Below are positions 42,058 through 51,317 of a DNA stretch of 53,136 nt, piece after piece. The DNA lies in the IMG/VR virus record IMGVR_UViG_3300037585_000579, positions 1-53,136 of that record; one strand, written 5' to 3'. The notes below the pieces were generated by a model. That model had not been told where the DNA came from and did no database searches. It saw nothing but the letters and a program-made list of their open reading frames with translations. Every line of letters begins with the position of its first letter. Positions within the stretch are counted from its first letter, which is position 1. The position numbers and the translations under genes are program-made. The DNA is from a virus (taxonomy: Duplodnaviria > Caudoviricetes).

Positions 42058-42470
42058 TGAACTCAGATAAATTTAAAAGATTTGTATTAGAATCATGGTA
42101 TGCTGGTATGGCTGCAAGAGATATAGCAAACAGCCCAACAGCTAAACAACTATACGCTGAAAATTCATCAAGAAATTTAACAAGAAATGCTATCATTGGT
42201 ATCATTAATCGTAATGGTGGAGCATTTAAAAAAGGTATGCAATCTGAAATTTATCAAAATGAAAATAAAGAAAAAATTTCTTTAGCTAAACAAATAGAAG
42301 AAGCACGATTAAAAATAAGAATGAAAAAAGGAAAGAATAAATATAGAGAACGTAAGTGTTTAACCTGTCAAGAAAAAAGTATAATGGAAAAGAATATGTT
42401 TATATGTAGAAGATGTAAAGAAAATAATATAAGATATGGAAGTGTAGATAGCTACAAAGTTCACATATAA
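42057..42470 (+). CDS. GcrA-like transcription regulator with C-terminal Cys4 zinc finger
   Basis: SWYAGMAARDIA...LTRNAIIGIINR resembles the GcrA N-terminal HTH (W.EG.SA..IA...TRNAVIG..HR); CLTC...CRRC. Confidence 0.7.
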   Translation: MNSDKFKRFVLESWYAGMAARDIANSPTAKQLYAENSSRNLTRNAIIGIINRNGGAFKKGMQSEIYQNENKEKISLAKQIEEARLKIRMKKGKNKYRERKCLTCQEKSIMEKNMFICRRCKENNIRYGSVDSYKVHI

Positions 42471-42476
42471 TAGTTC

Positions 42477-42506
42477 GGTAAAGCCCCTTTCAACGAGGGG
42501 CTTTCC
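42477..42506 (+). promoter_or_regulatory. Early-arm hairpin element E6
   Basis: GG-T-AAAGCCCCTT-TCAAC-GAGGGGCTTT-CC. Confidence 0.7.
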
Positions 42507-42527
42507 CTCACTTCAATGGAGATTGAT

Positions 42528-42731
42528 ATGGCTATACCTAAGTTTAAAACAAAACAAGAAATTCTTGACTATGCTTTTAATGGTTCTGATCATTGGATTG
42601 TACCTATGATAAGACATAAGATTGAGCAAAGTGGTGCTTCTTTAAGTGTAGTTGATGTTAATAATTACATTGACAGAGAACTTAAATCTTTTCAAAACGA
42701 CTATGACGAGTGGTTAGATAATCATGGCTAA
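42528..42731 (+). CDS. Hypothetical protein
   Basis: GGAG SD before ATG 42528. Confidence 0.6.
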   Translation: MAIPKFKTKQEILDYAFNGSDHWIVPMIRHKIEQSGASLSVVDVNNYIDRELKSFQNDYDEWLDNHG

Positions 42732-42867
42732 AAAATCTACAAGCACATACGATCCTAATTTAAATCGGATTAAAAAAAGAACATCAATAGGATATAGTGT
42801 CAGATCCAAACCTAATAATAAAAGTAAAAGACTATCTTGGAAAAAATATAGAGGACAAGGTAGATGA
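42724..42867 (+). CDS. 47-aa basic protein (not in ORF track)
   Basis: MAKKSTSTYDPNLNRIKKRTSIG...KKYRGQGR; ATGA coupling to the next gene. Confidence 0.65.
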   Translation: MAKKSTSTYDPNLNRIKKRTSIGYSVRSKPNNKSKRLSWKKYRGQGR

Positions 42868-43091
42868 TTGAAGATACTACATGGTTAGTAGAAAACTATT
42901 GTAACGAATGTGAAGATGGTAAAGTATATAATAATATGGTAACATCTACAGGTCGAGACTGCTCTGAGTGTGATGGTACTGGTCACATAGAAAGAACAGT
43001 GACAATGTATGAAACAGAATATGAGGTGAAAGAAGATTATCCTGAAGCAATTAAAGTTATAAAGATCCATTCGGCTCGTCCCCTCTTTTGA
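42864..43091 (+). CDS. Small zinc-finger protein (DnaJ-type CxxCxGxG-like)
   Basis: CNECEDG...CSECDGTG. Confidence 0.65.
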   Translation: MIEDTTWLVENYCNECEDGKVYNNMVTSTGRDCSECDGTGHIERTVTMYETEYEVKEDYPEAIKVIKIHSARPLF

Positions 43092-43101
43092 GGGACGATC
43101 C
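43073..43101 (+). promoter_or_regulatory. Early-arm hairpin element E7
   Basis: GGC-TCGT-C-CCCTC-TTTT-GAGGG-ACGA-TCC. Confidence 0.7.
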
Positions 43102-43127
43102 TCATTCATAACTTAAAGGTAAAGACA

Positions 43128-44102
43128 ATGCAAATGTTTGATCACAGTCAAATTGAATTTAACGTAGATACTTTTAATATTCCTGATGTACCTGAAGAAC
43201 TTGGTAAAGTTCTTAAACGTACTGATACAGGACAACCTCTTGCTATAGTATCTAAAGACTACACACCAGTTCAATATATAGATATTGTTCAAAACATTGA
43301 AGAAGCTTTAACGATAGCATCTCAAGATGAATCTACAAAACTTGATCTAACTGACACAGAATTTACTATTGATGTACTAAATGAAGGACAACAGCTAGAA
43401 CTTAAAGCTAAGTTTCACGGACAAGAAACTTTTCTTGATGGTGGTGAAGGCTTTTTAGGAAAAGGTAAAAGTGAATTGATTATTCCTGAGTTTGTTTTTC
43501 GTACATCACATAACAGAACATGGGCTAACAATGGTATGATGGGTGTATGGCGTTCTAAATGCTGGAACACTCTGGTAGCTGGTAACAAGCTTGCCCATGT
43601 ATATGGAAGACACAGTAAGAACTTTGATCTTGTTGGCTTTGCAGGAAAAATTGGTACAGCTACTAAATTTATTAGTGGTGATGGTATTAATCAAATGAAA
43701 AGATGGTATAATACACCTGTACATCGTGAATCAGTTATTAGTTTATTTAAAAATACAATAGCTAAACGTTTTGATAATGTTGAAAGAAAGAACGTTGGCA
43801 ATAAGGTTATGCTCTCTAATCTTATGAAGATTTTCGATGAAGAAAGCAGACACATTACTGGTCGTGGTGCTTATCAAAAGTACGGTACAAATAATGGAGG
43901 AACGTTATATAATGTGTACAATGCTGCTACTTATTGGTCTTCTCATCCTAGTTTAATGTCACATAAAAGTGGTGGTACTTTTTATCAAGGTAAGGATACC
44001 AAAGACATTAAAGAAAATCGTAACACTGTGAAGCTTAGAGAAGACAGAGTATCAGATATGCTTATCTCTAACCAATGGAAAGAATTAGAAATGATTACAT
44101 AA
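43128..44102 (+). CDS. DUF932/DUF945-like protein
   Basis: RTDTGQPLAIVSKDYTPVQ, RSKCWNTL and TLYNVYNAATYWSSH. Confidence 0.7.
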   Translation: MQMFDHSQIEFNVDTFNIPDVPEELGKVLKRTDTGQPLAIVSKDYTPVQYIDIVQNIEEALTIASQDESTKLDLTDTEFTIDVLNEGQQLELKAKFHGQETFLDGGEGFLGKGKSELIIPEFVFRTSHNRTWANNGMMGVWRSKCWNTLVAGNKLAHVYGRHSKNFDLVGFAGKIGTATKFISGDGINQMKRWYNTPVHRESVISLFKNTIAKRFDNVERKNVGNKVMLSNLMKIFDEESRHITGRGAYQKYGTNNGGTLYNVYNAATYWSSHPSLMSHKSGGTFYQGKDTKDIKENRNTVKLREDRVSDMLISNQWKELEMIT

Positions 44103-44112
44103 AGGATGCAGA

Positions 44113-44316
44113 ATGTCATATATTTTAGTAGAGTGTTGTCCAGATGAGATTGGTTCCGGTGTCCTTGACACTATTAATCCAATGACCAACGATGCCGGAA
44201 CCAAGGTTGAAATTTTTAAAACAGAACAAGATGCTCTTAAAGTTTTATACAATCTTCGATCATTCGTTTGTGAAGATACTTGGGATATGGATATAATTAT
44301 TGAACGTATCCATTGA
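44113..44316 (+). CDS. Hypothetical protein
   Basis: AAGGA SD, 67 aa. Confidence 0.6.
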   Translation: MSYILVECCPDEIGSGVLDTINPMTNDAGTKVEIFKTEQDALKVLYNLRSFVCEDTWDMDIIIERIH

Positions 44317-44340
44317 CTTTTTTGTTGACAGTGCTATATA
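44313..44340 (+). promoter_or_regulatory. Putative sigma70 promoter for the replication module
   Basis: TTGACT-N16-TATATA with TGn extension; a second TTGACA at 44325. Confidence 0.5.
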
Positions 44341-44385
44341 GAGTATGTTAGAACTTGTTAGTCATTATAACTTGAAAGGAATACG

Positions 44386-44841
44386 ATGACTGTAATATCA
44401 GGTACTGCTTATTGGGCTTCTATCTCGCAGCCCAACACCACATTTGAACCATGCTGGACTATCGATGTAAGTCTGGATGCTGAAAACCTTGCTAAAGTTA
44501 AAGACGATGGGTTGTCAGTAAAAAACAAAGGCGATGAACGTGGTGATTTTGTAACTATTAAGCGTAAAGTAGAAGGAAAGAATGGTACTAATCAGGCACC
44601 AGAACTTGTAGATTCTATGCGTCAAGCAATGTTTAATACATTAATTGGTAATGGATCTAAAGTTAATGTTCTTTATCGTCCTTATGATTGGACTTGGAAG
44701 AATAAAGAAGGCAAGTCTGCCGATCTACAGAAGATACAGGTTACTGAACTTGTACCTTATGCATCAGAAGATAGTGAGGATTTCGATGTAGTCGAGTCTG
44801 GTTACACATCTGATGATGATGATATTCCTTTTGCATCATAA
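44386..44841 (+). CDS. ssb: Single-stranded DNA-binding protein (T7 gp2.5-like)
   Basis: IGNGSKVNV, LQKIQVTELVPY and acidic tail DDDDIPF. Confidence 0.8.
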   Translation: MTVISGTAYWASISQPNTTFEPCWTIDVSLDAENLAKVKDDGLSVKNKGDERGDFVTIKRKVEGKNGTNQAPELVDSMRQAMFNTLIGNGSKVNVLYRPYDWTWKNKEGKSADLQKIQVTELVPYASEDSEDFDVVESGYTSDDDDIPFAS

Positions 44842-44849
44842 CCTGAAAG

Positions 44850-44879
44850 GGGGGGTCACGTTCTGTGACTCCCCATTTT
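44850..44879 (+). terminator. Hairpin/attenuator after ssb
   Basis: GGGGGGTCAC-GTTCT-GTGACTCCCC-ATTTT. Confidence 0.6.
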
Positions 44880-44882
44880 CCC

Positions 44883-45749
44883 ATGCCTAAAAAAAATATT
44901 AATAATCTAGTCAAAGATATCTATAGTCTTTTTGATGATGGTAGTTTAAATAAAAAACAACTTGAAGAACTACCAAAACATTTAAATAAATTTACTGAAG
45001 AAGTTTCTAGTCAGATTGCATTATCTCTTTGTGAAGATAGAAAAGATGATAATAAATTAAGATTGTCTGCTATAGGAAAACCTAATCGACAGCTATGGTA
45101 TAGGTCTAATCTAAAACAAAAAAGAAATCCTTTACCTCCTTCCACAAAAATTAAATTCTTATATGGTCATATCCTTGAAGAGCTTCTTCTTCTCCTTACC
45201 CGTGTTGCAGGTCATACTGTAAAAGAAACTCAAAAAGAATTAGATATACAAGGTATTAAAGGACATCAAGATGCTGTAATAGATGGTGTCTTAGTTGATT
45301 GTAAAAGTGCTTCAGGAAAAAGCTTTGAAAAGTTTAAACAAAACAAGCTTTATGAAGACGATCCCTTTGGATATATTTCTCAGATATCTGCATATGCTCA
45401 AGCAAATGAAGTAGATGAGGCTGCATTTCTTGCTATAGATAAATCAACTGGTGAAATATGTTTAACTCCAGTACATTCAATGGAAATGATTAATGCTACA
45501 GAACGTGTGCAATACCTTAAAAGAATGGTGTCAGCTAATAGTGTACCTGATCGGTGCTATTCTGATATACCTGATGGTAAGTCTGGCAACTATAAGCTTC
45601 CTATTGGTTGTATTTATTGTGACTATAAGCGAGAGTGCTGGTCAGATGCTAATGATGGTCAAGGACTTCGTGTGTTTAATTATGCACAAAATAAAAGATA
45701 TCTTACAAAAATAGGACGACAGCCAGAGGTTGAAGAGCTAACAGAATAA
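44883..45749 (+). CDS. Cas4/RecB-like PD-(D/E)XK exonuclease
   Basis: LRLSAIGK, GHQDAVIDGVLVDCKSAS, YISQISAY and CIYCDYKREC. Confidence 0.8.
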   Translation: MPKKNINNLVKDIYSLFDDGSLNKKQLEELPKHLNKFTEEVSSQIALSLCEDRKDDNKLRLSAIGKPNRQLWYRSNLKQKRNPLPPSTKIKFLYGHILEELLLLLTRVAGHTVKETQKELDIQGIKGHQDAVIDGVLVDCKSASGKSFEKFKQNKLYEDDPFGYISQISAYAQANEVDEAAFLAIDKSTGEICLTPVHSMEMINATERVQYLKRMVSANSVPDRCYSDIPDGKSGNYKLPIGCIYCDYKRECWSDANDGQGLRVFNYAQNKRYLTKIGRQPEVEELTE

Positions 45750-46468
45750 TGCATTGGACTTACAATAAAAAAGTAAAACCAAATCCTGATAAGTATTTTG
45801 GTTTTGTCTATAAGATTACTAATAAAAAAACAAAGCAAGCTTATATAGGATGTAAACAATACTTTGTAAAAAGAAATGGAAAGACTGTTGTTTCTAACTG
45901 GAAAGAATACATGGGGTCTTCTAAAGCTTTGCTTGAAGATATTAAAAAGATAGGAAAGAAAAATTTTACATTCGTATTAATAGATCAGTACGAAAATAAA
46001 AGAACAATGAAATACTATGAACTTCATTATCAAATTAAGCTTGGAGTTCTTATAAAAATACTTGACGGTACAGATAAATATGCCTACTATAATAATTATG
46101 TTGGAGGAAGGTTTACCCGACCAATTAAAGGAGCAGAAGAAATGGTAGAAATTGATAAAGAAAAACAACTTCTTACCAAGCAAGTTAATTCATTGAAAAG
46201 ACAGCTAAACCGTTATAAAAAAAGGATTGATATGTTGACTAAAGATTTAGAAAAAGTTAATGGAATTTCTGTTGATAAATCATGGAAAGTTGAAAAACAA
46301 AATGAAAATGTAATAGACTTTGAAGCTTACAGAAAAAAAGTAAATACAAGCAAAGAAGAATACAATGCACTAAATGAATTTATGATTGAGTGTGGTTATG
46401 ATCCTTATGATGTTGAAGATACAGCAAAGTTTTGGAATGATCTTGAAGAAGGTAGCGAATTTAGTTAG
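45749..46468 (+). CDS. GIY-YIG (Seg-like) endonuclease fused in frame to a coiled-coil C-part
   Basis: FGFVYKITN...AYIGCKQ, WKEYMGSS and YYNNYVGGRF; internal AAGGAG-N8-ATG at 46142. Confidence 0.7.
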   Translation: MHWTYNKKVKPNPDKYFGFVYKITNKKTKQAYIGCKQYFVKRNGKTVVSNWKEYMGSSKALLEDIKKIGKKNFTFVLIDQYENKRTMKYYELHYQIKLGVLIKILDGTDKYAYYNNYVGGRFTRPIKGAEEMVEIDKEKQLLTKQVNSLKRQLNRYKKRIDMLTKDLEKVNGISVDKSWKVEKQNENVIDFEAYRKKVNTSKEEYNALNEFMIECGYDPYDVEDTAKFWNDLEEGSEFS

Positions 46469-46654
46469 ATGTCTAAAAATATTTGGCAAAAAGAAAGAAA
46501 ACAAATTTTTAAAGAACTTACTTCTCAATATAAGAACGAGGGGTATGACTCTAAAACTGCAAAGAAACTTGCCAAAGAAGAACTACAAGATATGGTAGCT
46601 GATCAAAATGAATTTCTACAAAATATTCAAAATGATATTGATGAGTATAGTTAG
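46469..46654 (+). CDS. Hypothetical protein
   Basis: 61-aa ORF, EGYDSKTAKKLAKEE. Confidence 0.6.
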   Translation: MSKNIWQKERKQIFKELTSQYKNEGYDSKTAKKLAKEELQDMVADQNEFLQNIQNDIDEYS

Positions 46655-46655
46655 T

Positions 46656-46694
46656 TCGGTCAACACCCCCCCTCTGTGCGGGGGCGTTGCCCGA
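46656..46694 (+). promoter_or_regulatory. Early-arm hairpin element E8
   Basis: TCGG-T-CAAC-ACC-CCCCC-TCTGTGC-GGGGG-C-GTTG-C-CCGA. Confidence 0.65.
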
Positions 46695-46891
46695 TGAAAA
46701 ATATTTGGAATATGCATCTTAAATATGATAAAAAAGAAAAAATAATAGAATCTTTTAATACTTATAAAGATGCTAAAGAAGCTCTTGATTCTCGATATCT
46801 ACTTTGGTATCATTTAGGATCTGATCCAAAGTTTAAATACACTATTAAAAAGGCTAAGACTAATGACGGAAACACTAATTACTGTTTATAA
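46694..46891 (+). CDS. Hypothetical protein
   Basis: ATG directly at the end of hairpin E8. Confidence 0.55.
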   Translation: MKNIWNMHLKYDKKEKIIESFNTYKDAKEALDSRYLLWYHLGSDPKFKYTIKKAKTNDGNTNYCL

Positions 46892-47054
46892 AAGAGAAGG
46901 AAGACAAAGCCCGATAGTTACTTTTGAAGAAAACTTTAATAAGCTTGAGAGAGTTGATCAAATTGAATTTTTAATATCTATGGAAAAAGAGGTAGTAGCT
47001 AAAAGAAAAAACATCACTGATGAAATGTTTAAATACAGCAAAGGAAAATGGTAA
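46863..47054 (+). CDS. Hypothetical protein
   Basis: 63-aa ORF overlapping the primase start. Confidence 0.55.
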   Translation: MTETLITVYKREGRQSPIVTFEENFNKLERVDQIEFLISMEKEVVAKRKNITDEMFKYSKGKW

Positions 47055-48700
47055 TGGCCGAAGGCTGGTTATCAAGAGGTCCATGTCTTGACTGTGGATC
47101 AAGTAACGGGAATGTCCAACATAGCGATGGGCATTCCTTTTGTTTTGTTTGCAATACACGTTTTTCTAATAATGAGGATTCTTACATGCAATCTAATACT
47201 ACAACACCAGCGTCACCTTCATCACTTAAAAGTGCAGGGTATTTAGCAGCACTTACTGATCGGAAAATTTCAGAGAACTCTGCTAAAGTTTATAATACAT
47301 TTGTAAATGATAATGGAGGCACGGATCAAAGCCATCATATCTATAAATACTTTGATAAAGATGGTGAGCATATAGCATCTAAGGTTAGAAAAACAGAAAG
47401 CAAAGACTTCTGGGTTGAAGGTGATTTATCTAAAGCTGTTCTGTTTGGTGAGAACTTATTCGGTAAAGGCGGAAAGTATGTCACCGTAGTAGAAGGTGAG
47501 CTTGATGCTATGAGTGCTTATGAATTGCTTGGATCAAAGTGGCCTGTAGTATCTGTAAAGAATGGTGCACAGGCAGCAGCTAATAACTGTAAAAAATCTT
47601 TTGATTTTCTTAATAGCTTTGAAAATATTGTTATATGTTTTGATAACGATAAGCAAGGTAAAGATGCAGCCGAAGATGTAGCCAAGTTATTCGAGCCTAA
47701 CAAATGTCGTATTGTTAATCTTGATCTTAAAGATGCCAATGAATATCTTCAAGTAAATCAACGAGAAAGATTTACAAAGTCATGGTGGAATGCTGAACCA
47801 TATACTCCTGCTGGTATTATTAACCTTGGCTCTTTTGGTGACGAACTCTTTGAAGAAGATTACTGTGATACTTGTCTATATCCTTGGGAAGGCTTGAATA
47901 AGAAAACATATGGTATCCGTACTGGAGAGCTTGTATGCTTTACATCTGGCGCTGGTATGGGTAAGTCAAGTATTATCAGGGAGCTTGCTCACCATCTATT
48001 AAAGAATACTAAAGATAATATTGGCTTCTTTGCTTTAGAAGAGAGTGTGAGGAATACAATATTTCATCTAATGTCTGTTGAAGCTAATGCTAGACTTTAT
48101 ATTAAAGAGATTAGAGATCAACATAGTTTAAATGATTTAAGAGAATGGCGTGATAAGACCACAGGAACTAATAGGTTTTTTGCTTTTGATCACTTTGGTA
48201 GTGTTAGTAACGATGAAATCTTAAATCGTGTTCGCTTCATGGCTAAAGCTATGGATACAAAGTGGGTGATATTAGATCACCTATCTATCTTAGTATCTGG
48301 TCAGGAAGATAACGGAGATGAACGTAAGTCCATTGATATATTAATGACTAAGCTAAGATCTTTAGTTGAAGAAACAGGTATATCTTTATTGTTGGTAAGC
48401 CATCTGAGAAGGCCAATGGGTGATCGTGGTCATGAAGATGGTAGAGAAGTATCTCTGTCTCATCTACGTGGTTCAGCAGCTATTGCACATCTATCTGATT
48501 CGGTAATAGCTTTAGAACGTAATCAGCAAGCCGATGATCCTATCGAAGCAAACACAACTGTATTACGTGTATTGAAGAATAGGTATACTGGAGATACTGG
48601 TGTAGCTGCCTACTTGCATTATGATAGTGAAACTGGTAGGATGACTGAGATAGATCGCACCGAACAAGAAGAGGACGATGAATATGATCAAACCCTTTGA
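47048..48700 (+). CDS. T7 gp4-like DNA primase-helicase
   Basis: Zn finger CLDC...CFVC, TOPRIM EGELDAMS and CFDND, Walker A SGAGMGKS, ILDHLS, LRGS and KNRYTG. Confidence 0.95.
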   Translation: MVMAEGWLSRGPCLDCGSSNGNVQHSDGHSFCFVCNTRFSNNEDSYMQSNTTTPASPSSLKSAGYLAALTDRKISENSAKVYNTFVNDNGGTDQSHHIYKYFDKDGEHIASKVRKTESKDFWVEGDLSKAVLFGENLFGKGGKYVTVVEGELDAMSAYELLGSKWPVVSVKNGAQAAANNCKKSFDFLNSFENIVICFDNDKQGKDAAEDVAKLFEPNKCRIVNLDLKDANEYLQVNQRERFTKSWWNAEPYTPAGIINLGSFGDELFEEDYCDTCLYPWEGLNKKTYGIRTGELVCFTSGAGMGKSSIIRELAHHLLKNTKDNIGFFALEESVRNTIFHLMSVEANARLYIKEIRDQHSLNDLREWRDKTTGTNRFFAFDHFGSVSNDEILNRVRFMAKAMDTKWVILDHLSILVSGQEDNGDERKSIDILMTKLRSLVEETGISLLLVSHLRRPMGDRGHEDGREVSLSHLRGSAAIAHLSDSVIALERNQQADDPIEANTTVLRVLKNRYTGDTGVAAYLHYDSETGRMTEIDRTEQEEDDEYDQTL

Positions 48701-49148
48701 TAAAGACTTATATGATAAGTCAGATCCCCCTGCTAAAAAAGCAATGATAAAATGGTTGAATCTGAATGGTTATATAAATATAGATGATAAAGAAACAATG
48801 TCGTTTGATTTAGTTTGTAATAAGATTGATCATGATATTTCTAAGATTAAGCCCAAAGAATATTTTTATGAAGTTGAAATAAAATATTCTTGGAAAGGTG
48901 AATGGCCTGATAATTGGAAAGATGTACGTATACCGTTTAGAAAAGAAAGGTTGATTAAGCGTTGGCAAAAAGAGTTTCCAAATGATAAGTTAACATTTGT
49001 TGTATTTAGAAATGATTGTAAGCAAGCTTGGCATATTTCAGGACAAACTGTAGCAGAAAGCAAAGTTAAAAAAGCTTATGGTCGTAACACAAGAAATGAA
49101 GATTATTTTCATATTAATGTAGAGGATGCAGAGCTAGTAGATATGTGA
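48678..49148 (+). CDS. PD-(D/E)XK nuclease-like protein
   Basis: FDLV...YEVEIK; VRIPFRKERL. Confidence 0.55.
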   Translation: MNMIKPFDKDLYDKSDPPAKKAMIKWLNLNGYINIDDKETMSFDLVCNKIDHDISKIKPKEYFYEVEIKYSWKGEWPDNWKDVRIPFRKERLIKRWQKEFPNDKLTFVVFRNDCKQAWHISGQTVAESKVKKAYGRNTRNEDYFHINVEDAELVDM

Positions 49149-50779
49149 TGAAAGCAATCATAGATATTGAAACTGATTCGTTAAATGCAACAAAGATACA
49201 TTGCATTGTTTCAAAAGATTATGATACAGGAGAAATAAAAACATGGTCGCTTGATGAATGTAAGAAGTTTCCCGAATGGTCTAAAAAAATAGATCAATTT
49301 ATTATGCACAATGGGGTATCTTTTGATGCCCCTATTCTTAATAGACTTCTAGGCTGTAACATAAAAGTATCTCAAGTCAGGGATACTTTAATAGAGTCAC
49401 AGCTTTTTAATTCTATTAGAGAAGATGGTCACTCCTTAGAATCTTGGGGTAATCGTTTGAACTATAACAAAGGAGACTTTAATGAGTTTGCTTCCTACAG
49501 TAAAGACATGCTGGAATATTGTATCCGTGATGCGGAACTTACTTGGAGAGTTGCACATTACTTGGAGAAAGAGGGTAAAGATTTTTCACAAAAATCTATA
49601 AGACTAGAACATAACATACGAACTATAATAGATCAGCAGCAGAAGAATGGCTTTGCATTTAAATTAAGAGAAGCTATAATTCTGCTTTCTCAACTACAGC
49701 AGGAAGAAAGAAAGCTTGAAGGAGAGGCTCAAGAAATATTTCCTCCAACGGAGATACAATTAAAAACTAAAGTTAAATACATACCTTTTAATATAGCAAG
49801 CAGAAAACAAATAGCAGAACGTCTACAACAAAAAGGATGGAAGCCAAAACAATATACTGATAAAGGTAACGTCATTGTTAATGAAAAGATTTTAAATGGA
49901 ATTAACATGCCGGAAGCTAAAATGTTTAGTCGTTTTTTTCTATTGCAAAAAAGAACTGGATTATTAAAAGCATGGATAAAACAATGTGAAGAAGATGAAA
50001 GAGTCCGAGGTAGAGTTCTTACATTAAAAACTATTACAGGAAGAATGGCACATCATAGCCCTAATATGGCGCAAGTACCTGCTGTTTATAGCCCCTATGG
50101 AAAAGAATGTAGAGATCTCTGGACAATAAAAGATCCTGATAACTATTCTTTAGTAGGCACAGATGCTTCTGGTCTGGAACTAAGATGTCTTGCTCATTAC
50201 ATGGGAAACAAAAGATATATAGAAGAAGTCTTGGAAGGAGACATACACACAGCTAATATGAAGTTAGCAGGTCTTAAAGATAGGGACCAAGCAAAAACTT
50301 TTATATATGCTTTTCTTTATGGAGCAGGAGCAGCCAAGATAGGTAAGATCGTAGGAGGAAATGCAGCTAAAGGACAAAGACTAGTAGATACATTTTTAAA
50401 TAACTTACCGGATCTAAAAGAGTTAAGAACTAAAATACAAACAGAAGCCGAGATTGGTAAGATAAAAGGTTTGGATGGTAGGTATTTAAAAATAAGATCT
50501 GAACATGCTGCCCTTAATACTTTACTGCAAGGAGCAGGAGCTATTGTATGTAAGAAATGGTTGATACATATTATAAAGAAGATTAATATGTCCGGTATAG
50601 ATGCAAAACTTGTAGCATCGATACACGACGAGTATCAATTTGAAGTATTAAATAAAGATGTTAATCGTTTTTGTGCGATTACAAAAGAAGCTATTGACTT
50701 AACAACACAGACATTAAATATGAAATGTAAATTAGATTGTGACTACAAAGTAGGAAAAACATGGGCGATGACGCACTAG
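49148..50779 (+). CDS. polA: DNA polymerase family A (T7-like)
   Basis: Exonuclease DIETD, HNGVSFD and YCIRD; polymerase DASGLELR, RDQAKTFIYAFLYG and IHDEYQF. Confidence 0.95.
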   Translation: MKAIIDIETDSLNATKIHCIVSKDYDTGEIKTWSLDECKKFPEWSKKIDQFIMHNGVSFDAPILNRLLGCNIKVSQVRDTLIESQLFNSIREDGHSLESWGNRLNYNKGDFNEFASYSKDMLEYCIRDAELTWRVAHYLEKEGKDFSQKSIRLEHNIRTIIDQQQKNGFAFKLREAIILLSQLQQEERKLEGEAQEIFPPTEIQLKTKVKYIPFNIASRKQIAERLQQKGWKPKQYTDKGNVIVNEKILNGINMPEAKMFSRFFLLQKRTGLLKAWIKQCEEDERVRGRVLTLKTITGRMAHHSPNMAQVPAVYSPYGKECRDLWTIKDPDNYSLVGTDASGLELRCLAHYMGNKRYIEEVLEGDIHTANMKLAGLKDRDQAKTFIYAFLYGAGAAKIGKIVGGNAAKGQRLVDTFLNNLPDLKELRTKIQTEAEIGKIKGLDGRYLKIRSEHAALNTLLQGAGAIVCKKWLIHIIKKINMSGIDAKLVASIHDEYQFEVLNKDVNRFCAITKEAIDLTTQTLNMKCKLDCDYKVGKTWAMTH

Positions 50780-51060
50780 AAAAAAAGTATCGTAAATTAT
50801 ATACATCAGTTATTGTTCAAGCTTTGATGGATCTTACAAAGCTTAATACATCTGTAACTGATACAAGTATCTCAATCACTAGAGATAATGCACACGCTTG
50901 GTTTTTTTCTACACAAGAAGAAACAGAAAAAGATTTTGAAGAGATCTGTGATAATGCAGGAGTAAATCCTTCTTTTGTCCGTGTCTTTGCTTCTTCTGTT
51001 GTCAATCAAAAAGGAAATAAAAATGTTAGAAAAAGAATTATCAGATTCTTTGACGAATGA
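50761..51060 (+). CDS. Conserved hypothetical protein
   Basis: SVIVQALMD...AHAWF...DFEEICDNAGVNP. Confidence 0.65.
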   Translation: MGDDALEKKYRKLYTSVIVQALMDLTKLNTSVTDTSISITRDNAHAWFFSTQEETEKDFEEICDNAGVNPSFVRVFASSVVNQKGNKNVRKRIIRFFDE

Positions 51061-51088
51061 AAGTAATTATAAATACTATCTTAGACGC

Positions 51089-51316
51089 ATGAAAGAAGAA
51101 AGAGCTTCAACAAAACAGATAGGTGGAGAACATTACAAAGATTGTAAGATACAACCTGTTGAATATATTCACAAAAATAAACTAGATTACTTTGAAGGAA
51201 ATGTAGTTAAGTATATTACTAGGCATAGAAAAAAAGGAGAAGGTCGCAAAGATATTGAAAAAGTAATACACTATGCACAGTTAATATTAGAATTAGATTA
51301 TGGAGAAGGGGAATAG
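51089..51316 (+). CDS. DUF3310 / T7 gp1.7-like (putative nucleotide kinase) protein; start uncertain
   Basis: QIGGEHYK..IQPVEYI, EGNVVKYITR and DIEKVIHY. Confidence 0.75.
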   Translation: MKEERASTKQIGGEHYKDCKIQPVEYIHKNKLDYFEGNVVKYITRHRKKGEGRKDIEKVIHYAQLILELDYGEGE

Positions 51317-51317
51317 T

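Noticed and set aside
44883-45749. Cas4 as evidence of a CRISPR system
   Set aside because: Stand-alone Cas4-like exonucleases are routine in phage replication modules, and there is no array or cas1.
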